Shown here piece after piece: positions 1-8,223 of a stretch of 38,006 nucleotides of DNA. The translations under genes were made by a program, and so were the position numbers. The DNA is from a virus (taxonomy: Duplodnaviria; Caudoviricetes), in IMG/VR virus record IMGVR_UViG_3300016654_000161, positions 1 through 38,006 of that record; one strand, given 5' to 3'. Positions within the stretch are counted from its first letter, which is position 1; each line of letters starts with the position of its first letter. Below the pieces are notes generated by a model that was given only the letters and a program-made list of their open reading frames with translations, had not been told where the DNA came from and made no database searches.

Positions 1-24
1 GCGCCCGCCAATTGCGACTCACAA

Positions 25-202
25 ATGAGGAGCAACCACATGGCGACCCCAGGAAGCGCAGGAAGTCAGCCAGCAGAGGCCATACACATAAGGACCCAGG
101 AAGGGACAAGGCCCCAAGGATAGGCGCACAGGCCCGCAAATACGGGGCCCGCAAAGGAAAGGAGAAAGGATGGCCCCCTAGCGGGCGCCGCTCTTGTTTC
201 TT
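25..202 (+). ncRNA. Candidate CsrB/RsmY-like GGA-repeat small RNA
   Basis: 10 GGA motifs in 29-170, including CAGGAAG at 50, 59 and 97; hairpin AGCGG-GCG-CCGCT plus pyrimidine tract at 180-202. Confidence 0.4.
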
Positions 203-223
203 GTCGGTGCTGCACGATGCCAA

Positions 224-264
224 TAAAGACGCAAAAACGTATTTGCGTCTTTACGTTTTTACGC
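224..264. repeat. Octamer array A (TTTTRCG-type units, inverted arms) upstream of parA; candidate parS/operator
   Basis: taaagacg caaaaacg ta tttgcg tctttacg tttttacg. Confidence 0.75.
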
Positions 265-299
265 ATAGACTTGGCGCACACACACCACGGAGAACCACC

Positions 300-944
300 A
301 TGGCAGCAAGAGTTGTGGCATTTCTTTGCGAGAAAGGGGGCGCTGGTAAGTCGACCGGCGCAACAAACCTTGCCTCTTACCTCGCCAAGCAGGGTAAGCG
401 CGTTCTGATCGTAGACCACGACCCACAGGCCTCAGCCTCGAAGTGGTCCAGCTTTACCCACGAGAATGGCGGCCCAGGCGAAATCGCCGTCATTGTCATG
501 AAGCAACTGCAGCGCGACCTGCGCAGCATCTCGCACGGATTCGACTACGTAATCATTGACGGCGAACCCACCACCGACAAGGTAACTGTAGACGCCATCA
601 AGGTTAGCGAGCTCGTCATCATCCCCGTACGCCCAAGCGGCTTCGACGTATGGTCAGGCATCAACACGGCCGGCCTAATACGAGAGCGCCAAGAGCTAAC
701 CGATGGCTCGCCGAAGGCGCGAGTTCTCGTATCCCAGGCAATCGTAAACACCGTAATTGCACGCGACATCGCAAACGCCCTTGAAAGCTATCAGCTCCCG
801 CTTATGGAGAACCGGACGCACATCCGGGTTGCGTACACAGAAGTTTCCAGCCTCGGGAAAAGCGCTTTCGACCTATCCCCGAGCGACGTTACCCGCATAG
901 AGATGGAAAAAGTCTGTAAAGAAATTTTGGAGATCTTGGAATGA
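300..944 (+). CDS. parA: ParA/ParF-family partition ATPase (type Ib, no N-terminal HTH)
   Basis: KGGAGKST deviant Walker A, IVDHDPQAS, YVIIDG; ATG at 300 after GGAG. Confidence 0.93.
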   Translation: MAARVVAFLCEKGGAGKSTGATNLASYLAKQGKRVLIVDHDPQASASKWSSFTHENGGPGEIAVIVMKQLQRDLRSISHGFDYVIIDGEPTTDKVTVDAIKVSELVIIPVRPSGFDVWSGINTAGLIRERQELTDGSPKARVLVSQAIVNTVIARDIANALESYQLPLMENRTHIRVAYTEVSSLGKSAFDLSPSDVTRIEMEKVCKEILEILE

Positions 945-1246
945 CCGCAAAAAAAGGCTCTGTATCCATGCCGGCGCCGACCGAAAAACGCGCAGGCGAC
1001 GTGCGCGCCACTCGCGCCCTAACCGAGCAGCCAGAGGGCCGGATCTACTTCCTCGGCCCCCTGCCGTACCAACAGGGCCTAAACGAAATCGGCAACCTGT
1101 CGCCGAGCCGCACCACCCACAAGGCTCTGCTTATGGAAGCGATGGACGATCTTTTCAAGAAGTACGCGGCAGGCAATGGCCGGCAGGAAATTCCAGACCT
1201 GCAGGAACTCGCCCGCCGCCTGGAGAACCTGGGCTGCATCGAGTAA
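941..1246 (+). CDS. Probable ribbon-helix-helix partition (centromere-binding) protein
   Basis: ATGA overlap with parA; flexible N-terminus; THKALLMEAMDDLFKKY resembles RHH helices of ParG-like proteins. Confidence 0.7.
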   Translation: MTAKKGSVSMPAPTEKRAGDVRATRALTEQPEGRIYFLGPLPYQQGLNEIGNLSPSRTTHKALLMEAMDDLFKKYAAGNGRQEIPDLQELARRLENLGCIE

Positions 1247-1328
1247 TCGCTGCAGCAGAGGAGGTGCCTGGCCGTGGCGGCAACCACGACCAGGCGAGAC
1301 ACAGCAAAAACCCTAGAGAGGTCACACC

Positions 1329-1484
1329 ATGTCCACAAAGGACTATACCATGCTGCTCGCTTTGCCCCTAAGTCAGATCACAGCCCCCGCCTACCGGATG
1401 TTGGTGGACCAATACGCCGGAGAACTCGCCTCCCCATGCATCGCCGAGGGACTCAAGAAGGCCTTGGGGGGCACCGCAAAATGA
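1329..1484 (+). CDS. Hypothetical 51-aa protein (MSTKDYTMLL...)
   Basis: GAGAGG RBS; ATGA overlap with next ORF; below ORF-track length cutoff. Confidence 0.55.
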   Translation: MSTKDYTMLLALPLSQITAPAYRMLVDQYAGELASPCIAEGLKKALGGTAK

Positions 1485-1873
1485 GCGCCACCACACAAGC
1501 CGCAATCATCGAGGAGGCCGCCCAGGGCCTCGCCACCTGGCTCGGCGAGAACTTCGCCGGGATTTCCATGGTCGAGCATTACCTCGGCACAGCACACCCC
1601 GTAAACCCGCGCGCCGCAGAGATCGCAAGCAAGGCGGCCGAGATCATGGCGCCCGCCCTCGAGGACCTGCGCGCCGCGAACGTCGACCGAGCCCTCAAGG
1701 ACCACCAGCTCGCAAGCCGCTACGCGGAATTTCGCAACCTGGCCGACTACGTCCGATCCATCCCCGAGCGCGTGCCGAAGGCCGGCAGCGCCCACGCACG
1801 CGGAGAGTTCATAGCCTGGCTGCGCCGAGAGATCGAAGCGGCGCCAATGCAGCCGCAGGGTGGCCAGCAATGA
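1481..1873 (+). CDS. Hypothetical 130-aa helical protein
   Basis: Start MSATTQ; ATGA coupling at both ends; normal codon usage. Confidence 0.7.
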   Translation: MSATTQAAIIEEAAQGLATWLGENFAGISMVEHYLGTAHPVNPRAAEIASKAAEIMAPALEDLRAANVDRALKDHQLASRYAEFRNLADYVRSIPERVPKAGSAHARGEFIAWLRREIEAAPMQPQGGQQ

Positions 1874-2031
1874 GCCGTCACTCCTCAAGCCCCGCAGAGA
1901 ACGTGCTCGGCATGCTGTTTACGGCGTGCTGCATCCTCGGCCTGCTCGCCTATAGGCTCTACAAGCATCACGCCTGCCAGGGCAGCGCCAAGGCCCCAAA
2001 ACACCGACACTTGCAACGCCGCGTAGGCTGA
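1870..2031 (+). CDS. Hypothetical 53-aa single-pass membrane protein
   Basis: MSRHSSSPAENVLGMLFTACCILGLLAYRLYKHH...: one hydrophobic helix, basic tail, ATGA overlap. Confidence 0.55.
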   Translation: MSRHSSSPAENVLGMLFTACCILGLLAYRLYKHHACQGSAKAPKHRHLQRRVG

Positions 2032-2198
2032 ACTATCTTTTCTCCCGCCACTAAAGAGCTGCCGGACAAGCAACAAGGCGCGCCGGATCGGAATGCAGGG
2101 GATGTGGACTCGAGCCCCGCAGACTTAAACAGAGGGCGTGGGGGTTGGAAATCCCGCCAAGGTCAGGCCCTATTCCACCGACCAAGGCGAAACACCAA

Positions 2199-2224
2199 AC
2201 AAGGCCGGCGCAAGCCGGCCTTGT
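2199..2224 (+). terminator. Perfect hairpin / probable terminator
   Basis: ACAAGGCCGGC-GCAA-GCCGGCCTTGT. Confidence 0.6.
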
Positions 2225-2242
2225 CATTTCCGCCCCAAACGC

Positions 2243-2279
2243 AAAAAGGCCCCCACCGCCGAAGCAGTGGGGGCCTTTT
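2243..2279. terminator. Bidirectional intrinsic terminator between par operon and late operon
   Basis: AAAAAGGCCCCCAC...GTGGGGGCCTTTT between convergent units. Confidence 0.85.
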
Positions 2280-2322
2280 CGTTTCCTGCATTGTCGCTGC
2301 CGATAGGCTGCGCTGGCCCGGA

Positions 2323-3336
2323 CTACTTCGAGGCCGGGATGCTCGCCTCGATAACTGCCCGGTACGACTGCTGCCGACTTCCCGACTCAGTGACGCGATC
2401 AATGGACCAACTGCCTTGCATATAGCTCGGCCAGGTGCCATCGAGCGTTACCAGGCCCTCCGCCTGAAATGCCGGATTGCCCGGGGCGTCGGCGCGCAGC
2501 TTGCTCGCCTCACGCTCGAGCTGGCGCGTTCGAGCCTCCCCTGCAGACTTCGCTGCAGTTGCATCAGGGTGCCGCTGGCGCAGCTTTTCAAACGGCTCGG
2601 TGCCGGTCTCGACAATCATCTCCTGGCCGGCCTGGCCATCCCACCAGACAGTTTTGACGCCCTTGAACCTGACCCGCGCCTCCTCGTCTAGCGTGGCATT
2701 GATGAAAGCCTGATCGCCCGGGCGATTGTTGGTCGTCACGCTCAACGTAACCGGGGCGATGGTCTTGCCCGACAGCGACTTGACCTGGCCACGGCGGGCC
2801 AGGACATAAAGGTCGTTGACCGGCTTAGCGACAGCATCGTACTGGCGGGCGATGCGCGTGAGAAACGCCATGTCCGTTTCATTCGACTGATCGAGATGCT
2901 CAACCACCAGGCCATCAAGCTCAGGCGCCACCCTGGGCGAAAATCCGTGTTTGCCGGTCAGCTCTCGAAAGATCGCCCCCAGGGTCGTCGGACCGAAGCT
3001 CGCCGAGTGCCTGGCCTTGAATTCGGTCTCGTCAGCCACCTTAAACGGCGCCGCCGTGGCCACGATCAGCAGGCGAGGCGGGAACAAGTTCGGCTTGCGA
3101 CTGGTGACGATGTACTCGCCGCGATCGACGAGACCGGACTCCTCATAGCCGACCCGGATGCCGATCGTGCCACCGAAGCTCGGCAGGCCGTCGAGACCCT
3201 CCATGTTGACCGTCAGGTGCAGCCGATCAGACTCAATCCCTGCAGCGTCGATGCGCTCCCAGTCGATCAGCCGCGCATTGATCAGATCGGCGTTAGAGCC
3301 GTACACCTCAACCGCCGGCGTAAATCCCAAGCTCAT
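2323..3336 (-). CDS. P2 gpD-like baseplate hub / late control protein
   Basis: DQSNETDMAFLTRIARQYDAVAKP motif; follows gpX/gpU; start MSLGFTP. Confidence 0.88.
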   Translation of the reverse strand: MSLGFTPAVEVYGSNADLINARLIDWERIDAAGIESDRLHLTVNMEGLDGLPSFGGTIGIRVGYEESGLVDRGEYIVTSRKPNLFPPRLLIVATAAPFKVADETEFKARHSASFGPTTLGAIFRELTGKHGFSPRVAPELDGLVVEHLDQSNETDMAFLTRIARQYDAVAKPVNDLYVLARRGQVKSLSGKTIAPVTLSVTTNNRPGDQAFINATLDEEARVRFKGVKTVWWDGQAGQEMIVETGTEPFEKLRQRHPDATAAKSAGEARTRQLEREASKLRADAPGNPAFQAEGLVTLDGTWPSYMQGSWSIDRVTESGSRQQSYRAVIEASIPASK

Positions 3337-3346
3337 AGATACCCCC

Positions 3347-3559
3347 TCAATCCCACACCGAAACAGCCGCAGCAGCGGCAGGCTTTGCATCAAGCTCGGG
3401 CATGACCACCTGCAGGCCGCCCGGCAGTCTCGGCCCATACTCAGCCAGGCCAGGATTGAGCGCCCACAGCGCCTCCTCGGCCGCATCATCGGAACGCCCG
3501 AGCGTCCGATAAAGCAGGGTATTCACCGTGTCACCCGAGACCGCCCGAACCCTACGCAT
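3347..3559 (-). CDS. P2 gpX-like tail protein (LysM-like)
   Basis: GDTVNTLLYR...ALNPGLA...LPGGLQVVMP. Confidence 0.9.
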   Translation of the reverse strand: MRRVRAVSGDTVNTLLYRTLGRSDDAAEEALWALNPGLAEYGPRLPGGLQVVMPELDAKPAAAAAVSVWD

Positions 3560-3935
3560 TGACGAATTCCTTCAGCTCGATGCTCCAATCGATCAACATT
3601 GCCGTGCCGTCGTCGATCACGTAGCTCTGATTTTCCTGCACCCGGTCAATCCGCCACCGGCCCCAGTTGACCCCAACGCCATCAACGAGCACGTAAGGCG
3701 TGCGCGCATCCTGCAGCGCCCGGAGCTCGTCAAGCTTGGTCATGCCGGCACCCCGGGCAGCCTTGCCCGAGATACGCAGCGCTTGCAGCCCCTGGCCGGT
3801 TTGATGCGACTTCGGCTTGCTCGAAATGATGTCGACATCGACCCACCCGCCATCCGACGAGCGCTCAAGGCGCTCGTACGGAAAGCCGGTAGACAGGCCG
3901 AACACAAAGCCCCCAAGGGCCATCTGCTGCCTCAT
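3552..3935 (-). CDS. P2 gpU-like tail protein
   Basis: MALGGFVF...LVDGVGVNWGRWRI. Confidence 0.88.
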   Translation of the reverse strand: MRQQMALGGFVFGLSTGFPYERLERSSDGGWVDVDIISSKPKSHQTGQGLQALRISGKAARGAGMTKLDELRALQDARTPYVLVDGVGVNWGRWRIDRVQENQSYVIDDGTAMLIDWSIELKEFVNA

Positions 3936-6925
3936 CCCGATACCCCGTCAGTCAGCATCGCGCCGGCGCGAATGCCCAGCGGGTTAAACATGCTCGCCAT
4001 TTTCGCCTGCAGCTCCTGCATGACCTTGTCGACCAAGGCCTTAGCCGAGGCCTGATCTTGGCCGTTGATGATGATTTGAATCGGTGGCATCGAAGGCGCC
4101 GCCGGCGCGGCAGACGCAGCGGCAGCCGAAGCCGCGCCGACAACCTGCTGCTTCACCTCGGCCGGAAGACCGAGGCGCGCTGGCGCCTCGAGGGCGCTTT
4201 TGGTCAGGCGGCCCGCCAACTGATCAGGCGCGGAGCCCCCAAGGATCTCGCGCTCGATGCCCTTGGCGTCCGCCGTACCCTGGGCGACGGCTTCGGCCCG
4301 AGTCTTCGGATCTCCCGGGTTCGTCTTGGCCGACAAGCCCTCGAGGGGCGCGTCGAGCTGGGGCGACGAGAGATCGAGCGGAACCTGCGCCTTAGCGCGG
4401 CCGCGCTGTATGGCCTCCTCCCGCTGCGCATCGGTAAGATTTGCCCCAGGGGCAGCACCTGCAGCAGCAAGCGCGCCAGGCGCCGACACAGGCGGCCCCT
4501 CGGCCGACTTCTGATCAGCCTTCGGATCGCCCTGGAACATTCCGAAGACTTTCCCGCCCAGCCACGAACCCGCGTCGCTCCCGAAGAACCCGCCCAGGGC
4601 GGCGCCAATGGCGCCACCGATTGCAGTGCCAACGACAGGGACAACGGAACCAATCGCAGCCCCAAGCGCGCCACCAGCCGAGGCGCCCGCAAGAGCGCCA
4701 CCGGCACCGCCCAGGCCCGAGCCGACCTGCTTGGCATCGCCCGAGGCGATCCCGTTCACGACCTCAACGCCAGAGGCGAGGGCAGCGACCGGAGCAGCAA
4801 ATCGGCCCGCCAAGCGAACCGCGCCGCCGGCGAGAGATTTCGCGGTAGCCAGGCCCCCGCGCAGAGATCGCCGCGCAAGACGCGCCCTGGCCCCTGGGCG
4901 ACGCTTCTTGCCAGCACCCCCGCCAGATCCACCGCCGCCGCCCAAGTCGTCTAGAGCGCCGTTAAGGCGGCCCAGGGCGCCCGCTGCCGAGTTGGCCGTC
5001 TGCGCCGTGGTGGCGTCGAGCTTGGCTTTGGCCAGCCCGGCGCGGTTAAACGCCTGGCCCAACAGCAGGCCCACGAATTTCATACCCAGGGCGCCCACCT
5101 TGAGCGATACCAATCCCGCCGCCGCGACGGCAAGAGTGCCGGTAACGCCCGGGAAGGTCTCGGCAGCCCAGCTAAACCCGTCCACGAGCGCGCCCAGGGG
5201 CACTAGAACAGCGTTGAGCGCCGGAAGCATGGCATTACCCACCACCGTGCCCAAACGCGTCAGGCGCGCCGTAAACGCGTTCCAGCCGGTGGCCGAGGTG
5301 TTGGCCACCCCGGCCGCTTCCTGCATCATCGAGCCCATGTCGCCGAGCTTCGAGGTTGCATATTTCGACTTGTCCCCGACCATGCCAAAGGCCTGCTCGA
5401 GGGGCTCGAGGTTTTCAAGCAGCGGCTGGATTGCACCAATCGACTCGGAGCCGAAAAGGTTCGTGGCAATAGCCGCCTGCTCCTCTCGAGGCTGATCGCG
5501 GATAGCCTTGAGCACATCGAGGATCGTCGCCGGCGCATTGGTCTGCATGTCCGCCGCGAGCTGCTCAGGATCGAACCCAAGCTCCTTCCACTGTTTTTTC
5601 TCCCCCTTGGTCGCCGACTTGCCCGCCACCAGGGCGCTCGTGAAGTTCTTGAAGCCGGTACCGGCGATCTCCTTCTCGGTGCCCGGGTTGAGCAACGCCG
5701 CCGACAGCGCTGCAGTCTGCTCAGGCGACAGCCCTGAGGCCGAGCCCACGGCGCCGAAGCGCTTTACCACCGACGCAATATCGGCGGCCTTGGCGTTGAA
5801 GTTGTTGCCGAGGTAGTTGACCGAGTCGGCCAGGTCGAGGGTTTGCCCGCGATTCAGCTTCATCGAGGCTTGCCAGCCCGCCATGGTTTCGCCGGCGGTC
5901 TGCGCATCGATGTCGAAGGCCGAGCCCATGATCGCCGCATCGCGGGTGAACTCCATAACCCGGGCCTGCTTGCCCTCGGCGGTCTTTTCCTTGTTACCAA
6001 TGCCCGACTGGCCGGCCGCGTACTCAATCTTTGCCAGATCAACGGCCGTCATCCCCGAGGAGGCGATCAGCCGGTCACTGGCCATGCGCAGGTTGGCGGC
6101 CGCCATTTCCTTGCGCTGATCACCCTCGAAGTTGATCACCTTGCCCACGTCGGCCATGGCCGTTTCAAGCTCCATAGCCTGCTTAATCGGCCGACTGGCC
6201 AGATAGCCCACCGCCGCCGTCTCGGCCACCTGGCCCCGCAGGTCGGCCCGCGCCGCCTTATTCGCGTCCACGCGTTTCTGCGCGTTGCTGACAGCGTCCA
6301 GCCTGGCCCGCTGCGCTGACAGCGCGGTATTGACCGATTCCGCGGCCGTTTTGAGGCGGGCCTGCTCGCTGGCCAGCTTGGTCGTATCTACCCCGGCCTT
6401 GTTCAAGGCCGAATCCAGCCGCGCGACCTCATCTTTCTCGCGGCGCATGCTGCGCTCGAGCGAACCGACTCCGGCGGCAGCCTTGTCCTGCTGCGTGTCC
6501 AGCTTGCGCAGGGAGGCGGTCACGCCATCGAGCTCGCGGCCCAAACGGTTCTGCTCAGATCGAGCCGCAGTTACCTGCGCCTTGGTGGCAGAGGTCGAAG
6601 CCTCGAGCGCCTTGGTGGCCGCAACAGCCTTGCCATATGCCGAGGACAGGTCGTTGGCCTTGGCCGTCGCCTGCGCGTGCTCACGCGTCACCCGCGCCTG
6701 CTCCTCGCGGGCCTTCTGCAGCGCCTCCTCGGTTTTCTTGAGGTTGTCCTGCAGCTTGACCAGGCCGGCCATGTCCTTAGCCTGGGCATTGAGCTTGCGC
6801 AATTCGGCCTGCTGCCCCTTGATAGCAGCCTCGACGCCTTTCGACTTCTTGCCGAAGTCCCCGAACGTGGCCGAGAACGCGTCAATGGCCGCCAGGCGCA
6901 GCGAATATTTACCCTCTGCAGCCAC
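3932..6925 (-). CDS. Tail tape measure protein (TP901-type core)
   Basis: 997 aa, Ala-rich coiled coil, ETAMADVGKV, NLFGSESIGAI; follows tail chaperone. Confidence 0.92.
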   Translation of the reverse strand: MAAEGKYSLRLAAIDAFSATFGDFGKKSKGVEAAIKGQQAELRKLNAQAKDMAGLVKLQDNLKKTEEALQKAREEQARVTREHAQATAKANDLSSAYGKAVAATKALEASTSATKAQVTAARSEQNRLGRELDGVTASLRKLDTQQDKAAAGVGSLERSMRREKDEVARLDSALNKAGVDTTKLASEQARLKTAAESVNTALSAQRARLDAVSNAQKRVDANKAARADLRGQVAETAAVGYLASRPIKQAMELETAMADVGKVINFEGDQRKEMAAANLRMASDRLIASSGMTAVDLAKIEYAAGQSGIGNKEKTAEGKQARVMEFTRDAAIMGSAFDIDAQTAGETMAGWQASMKLNRGQTLDLADSVNYLGNNFNAKAADIASVVKRFGAVGSASGLSPEQTAALSAALLNPGTEKEIAGTGFKNFTSALVAGKSATKGEKKQWKELGFDPEQLAADMQTNAPATILDVLKAIRDQPREEQAAIATNLFGSESIGAIQPLLENLEPLEQAFGMVGDKSKYATSKLGDMGSMMQEAAGVANTSATGWNAFTARLTRLGTVVGNAMLPALNAVLVPLGALVDGFSWAAETFPGVTGTLAVAAAGLVSLKVGALGMKFVGLLLGQAFNRAGLAKAKLDATTAQTANSAAGALGRLNGALDDLGGGGGSGGGAGKKRRPGARARLARRSLRGGLATAKSLAGGAVRLAGRFAAPVAALASGVEVVNGIASGDAKQVGSGLGGAGGALAGASAGGALGAAIGSVVPVVGTAIGGAIGAALGGFFGSDAGSWLGGKVFGMFQGDPKADQKSAEGPPVSAPGALAAAGAAPGANLTDAQREEAIQRGRAKAQVPLDLSSPQLDAPLEGLSAKTNPGDPKTRAEAVAQGTADAKGIEREILGGSAPDQLAGRLTKSALEAPARLGLPAEVKQQVVGAASAAAASAAPAAPSMPPIQIIINGQDQASAKALVDKVMQELQAKMASMFNPLGIRAGAMLTDGVSG

Positions 6926-6929
6926 GGCC

Positions 6930-7100
6930 CTACTCCTTTTTCAGCCCCAGGCGGGCGACGGCAATCTCATACCGGCGCAACGCCTTGTCGGCAGACCATT
7001 CCAGAATTTCCGCCTCGGGCACGCTGTACACGAGGGGCACGACATCGAGGATTACGTCGATGTCTCGCTCACAAAAAAGGCCGCCGGTTTGTTCAAAAAA
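6930..7100 (-). CDS. GpE'-like -1 frameshift extension of the tail assembly chaperone
   Basis: TTTTTTG sites at 7094-7100 and 7072-7078; -1 frame reads CERDIDVILDVVPLVYSVPEAEILEWSADKALRRYEIAVARLGLKKE to TAG at 6930-6932. Confidence 0.75.
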   Translation of the reverse strand, partial: FFEQTGGLFCERDIDVILDVVPLVYSVPEAEILEWSADKALRRYEIAVARLGLKKE

Positions 7101-7657
7101 TTGCCCACCAGCACCTGCAGGCGGTTCCAGTCAGGCAAGGACAGCAGAAGCACGTCGGGCAGCATCAAGCCGGTGCAATGCGCGGTGATGAACCGGGCGC
7201 GCTCACGCTCGGTTTTTTGCTTCTTCATGGCCTTAGTTGCACGCAGCTCAGGCAGGCGCATGGTCACGCTCGAAACGACCTCGCCGGTACCCAGGCGGAT
7301 CGGAACCAGCAGGTCAACGACATAGCCATCAGCACCGACCTCGTCGATTTCGGCGCCCTCGCTATCGCGGAATTTCAGCTCCAGCAGATCGGCGCTGGTG
7401 CTCCACACGTATTTATTCAGCCACTCGCTAACGCTCACGTAGTCCGGACGCTTGAGCGACTCGACAACCTTCGCCGGCAGGCCGGTGGCCAACTGCGCAA
7501 GGGCCTCATAGCGGTCATCCTCGTCGGTGCCAGCCTTGGCCAGCGCCTCGGCGTGCTCGCCGTGACTGAAGGCGCGGAAAACCACCTCCTCGATCAGGTT
7601 CTCGTCTTCGCCATAAATCGGGCAAAGCAGGGTGTGTACAGGCGGTTTCCAAGTCAT
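7052..7657 (-). CDS. Tail assembly chaperone (gpE/Mu gp41-like), internally duplicated
   Basis: Between tube and tape measure; two similar halves (LLCPI/LLVPI, ATGLP/CTGLM, PDY/PDW). Confidence 0.85.
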   Translation of the reverse strand: MTWKPPVHTLLCPIYGEDENLIEEVVFRAFSHGEHAEALAKAGTDEDDRYEALAQLATGLPAKVVESLKRPDYVSVSEWLNKYVWSTSADLLELKFRDSEGAEIDEVGADGYVVDLLVPIRLGTGEVVSSVTMRLPELRATKAMKKQKTERERARFITAHCTGLMLPDVLLLSLPDWNRLQVLVGNFLNKPAAFFVSETST

Positions 7658-7679
7658 GAAACAGATTCCTTACGGACAT

Positions 7680-7704
7680 AAAAAAGCCGCCCAGGCAGGC
7701 GGCT
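7680..7704 (-). terminator. Intrinsic terminator after tail tube gene
   Basis: AGCCGCC/GGCGGCT stem with T-tract on minus strand. Confidence 0.7.
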
Positions 7705-7722
7705 ATTGGCAGAAGCTACGGA

Positions 7723-8223
7723 TCAGGCGAGGCCAACGGCGCGCCGTGCGTCGCCGATGATGTCCTCGCCGTTGATGATGAATTTCTGAGTGCGCAAATC
7801 GATGTCGAAGGCGATAAAACCGTCCTCGTTGCGGGTGTAAGTCCGGATCGCGATCTCAAGCTCGGTGACAGGCTTATCGCCCATTTTGATCGTCTTTTCC
7901 TTGAGCGACTTAAATTTGCCGCCCACGGTGTGATAGGTGTACCAGACGTTATCGTCCTGATCCTTGCCCGACTCGCGGACCTGCAACAGGATGTCGGTCA
8001 CGCCGCCCAGGGCGCTCATGACCGGGGCGCCGGTGCCTTGCACGGACAGCTTGGCGGTCAATACTTTTGCGCCCTTGGCCATCTCCTCCGGAGCGAAGCG
8101 ACCACCGCGCATCTCCTCCATGTCCAGCTCTACAGACGGCGGATCAAAGTCCTCGATGGTCAGCGACAGAGGCAGGCCGTTCAGGGTGCCGGCAATCGCC
8201 TGGCGGATACGGTTTGTATACAT
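7723..8223 (-). CDS. Major tail tube protein (P2 FII-like)
   Basis: 166 aa after sheath; MEEMRGG, DIDLRTQKFIINGED. Confidence 0.88.
   Translation of the reverse strand: MYTNRIRQAIAGTLNGLPLSLTIEDFDPPSVELDMEEMRGGRFAPEEMAKGAKVLTAKLSVQGTGAPVMSALGGVTDILLQVRESGKDQDDNVWYTYHTVGGKFKSLKEKTIKMGDKPVTELEIAIRTYTRNEDGFIAFDIDLRTQKFIINGEDIIGDARRAVGLA

Noticed and set aside
12-299. N-terminal extension of parA in the ORF track (similar extensions for cI, telN, gpV, gpD, capsid, terS)
   Set aside because: Extensions run through regulatory DNA or neighbouring genes; downstream starts fit RBS position or family N-termini better
2098-2180. tRNA-like fragments (GCAGACTTAAA, GGGTTGGAAATCCC)
   Set aside because: No complete anticodon stem, TTC T-loop or acceptor stem; kept only as a generic structured-RNA candidate
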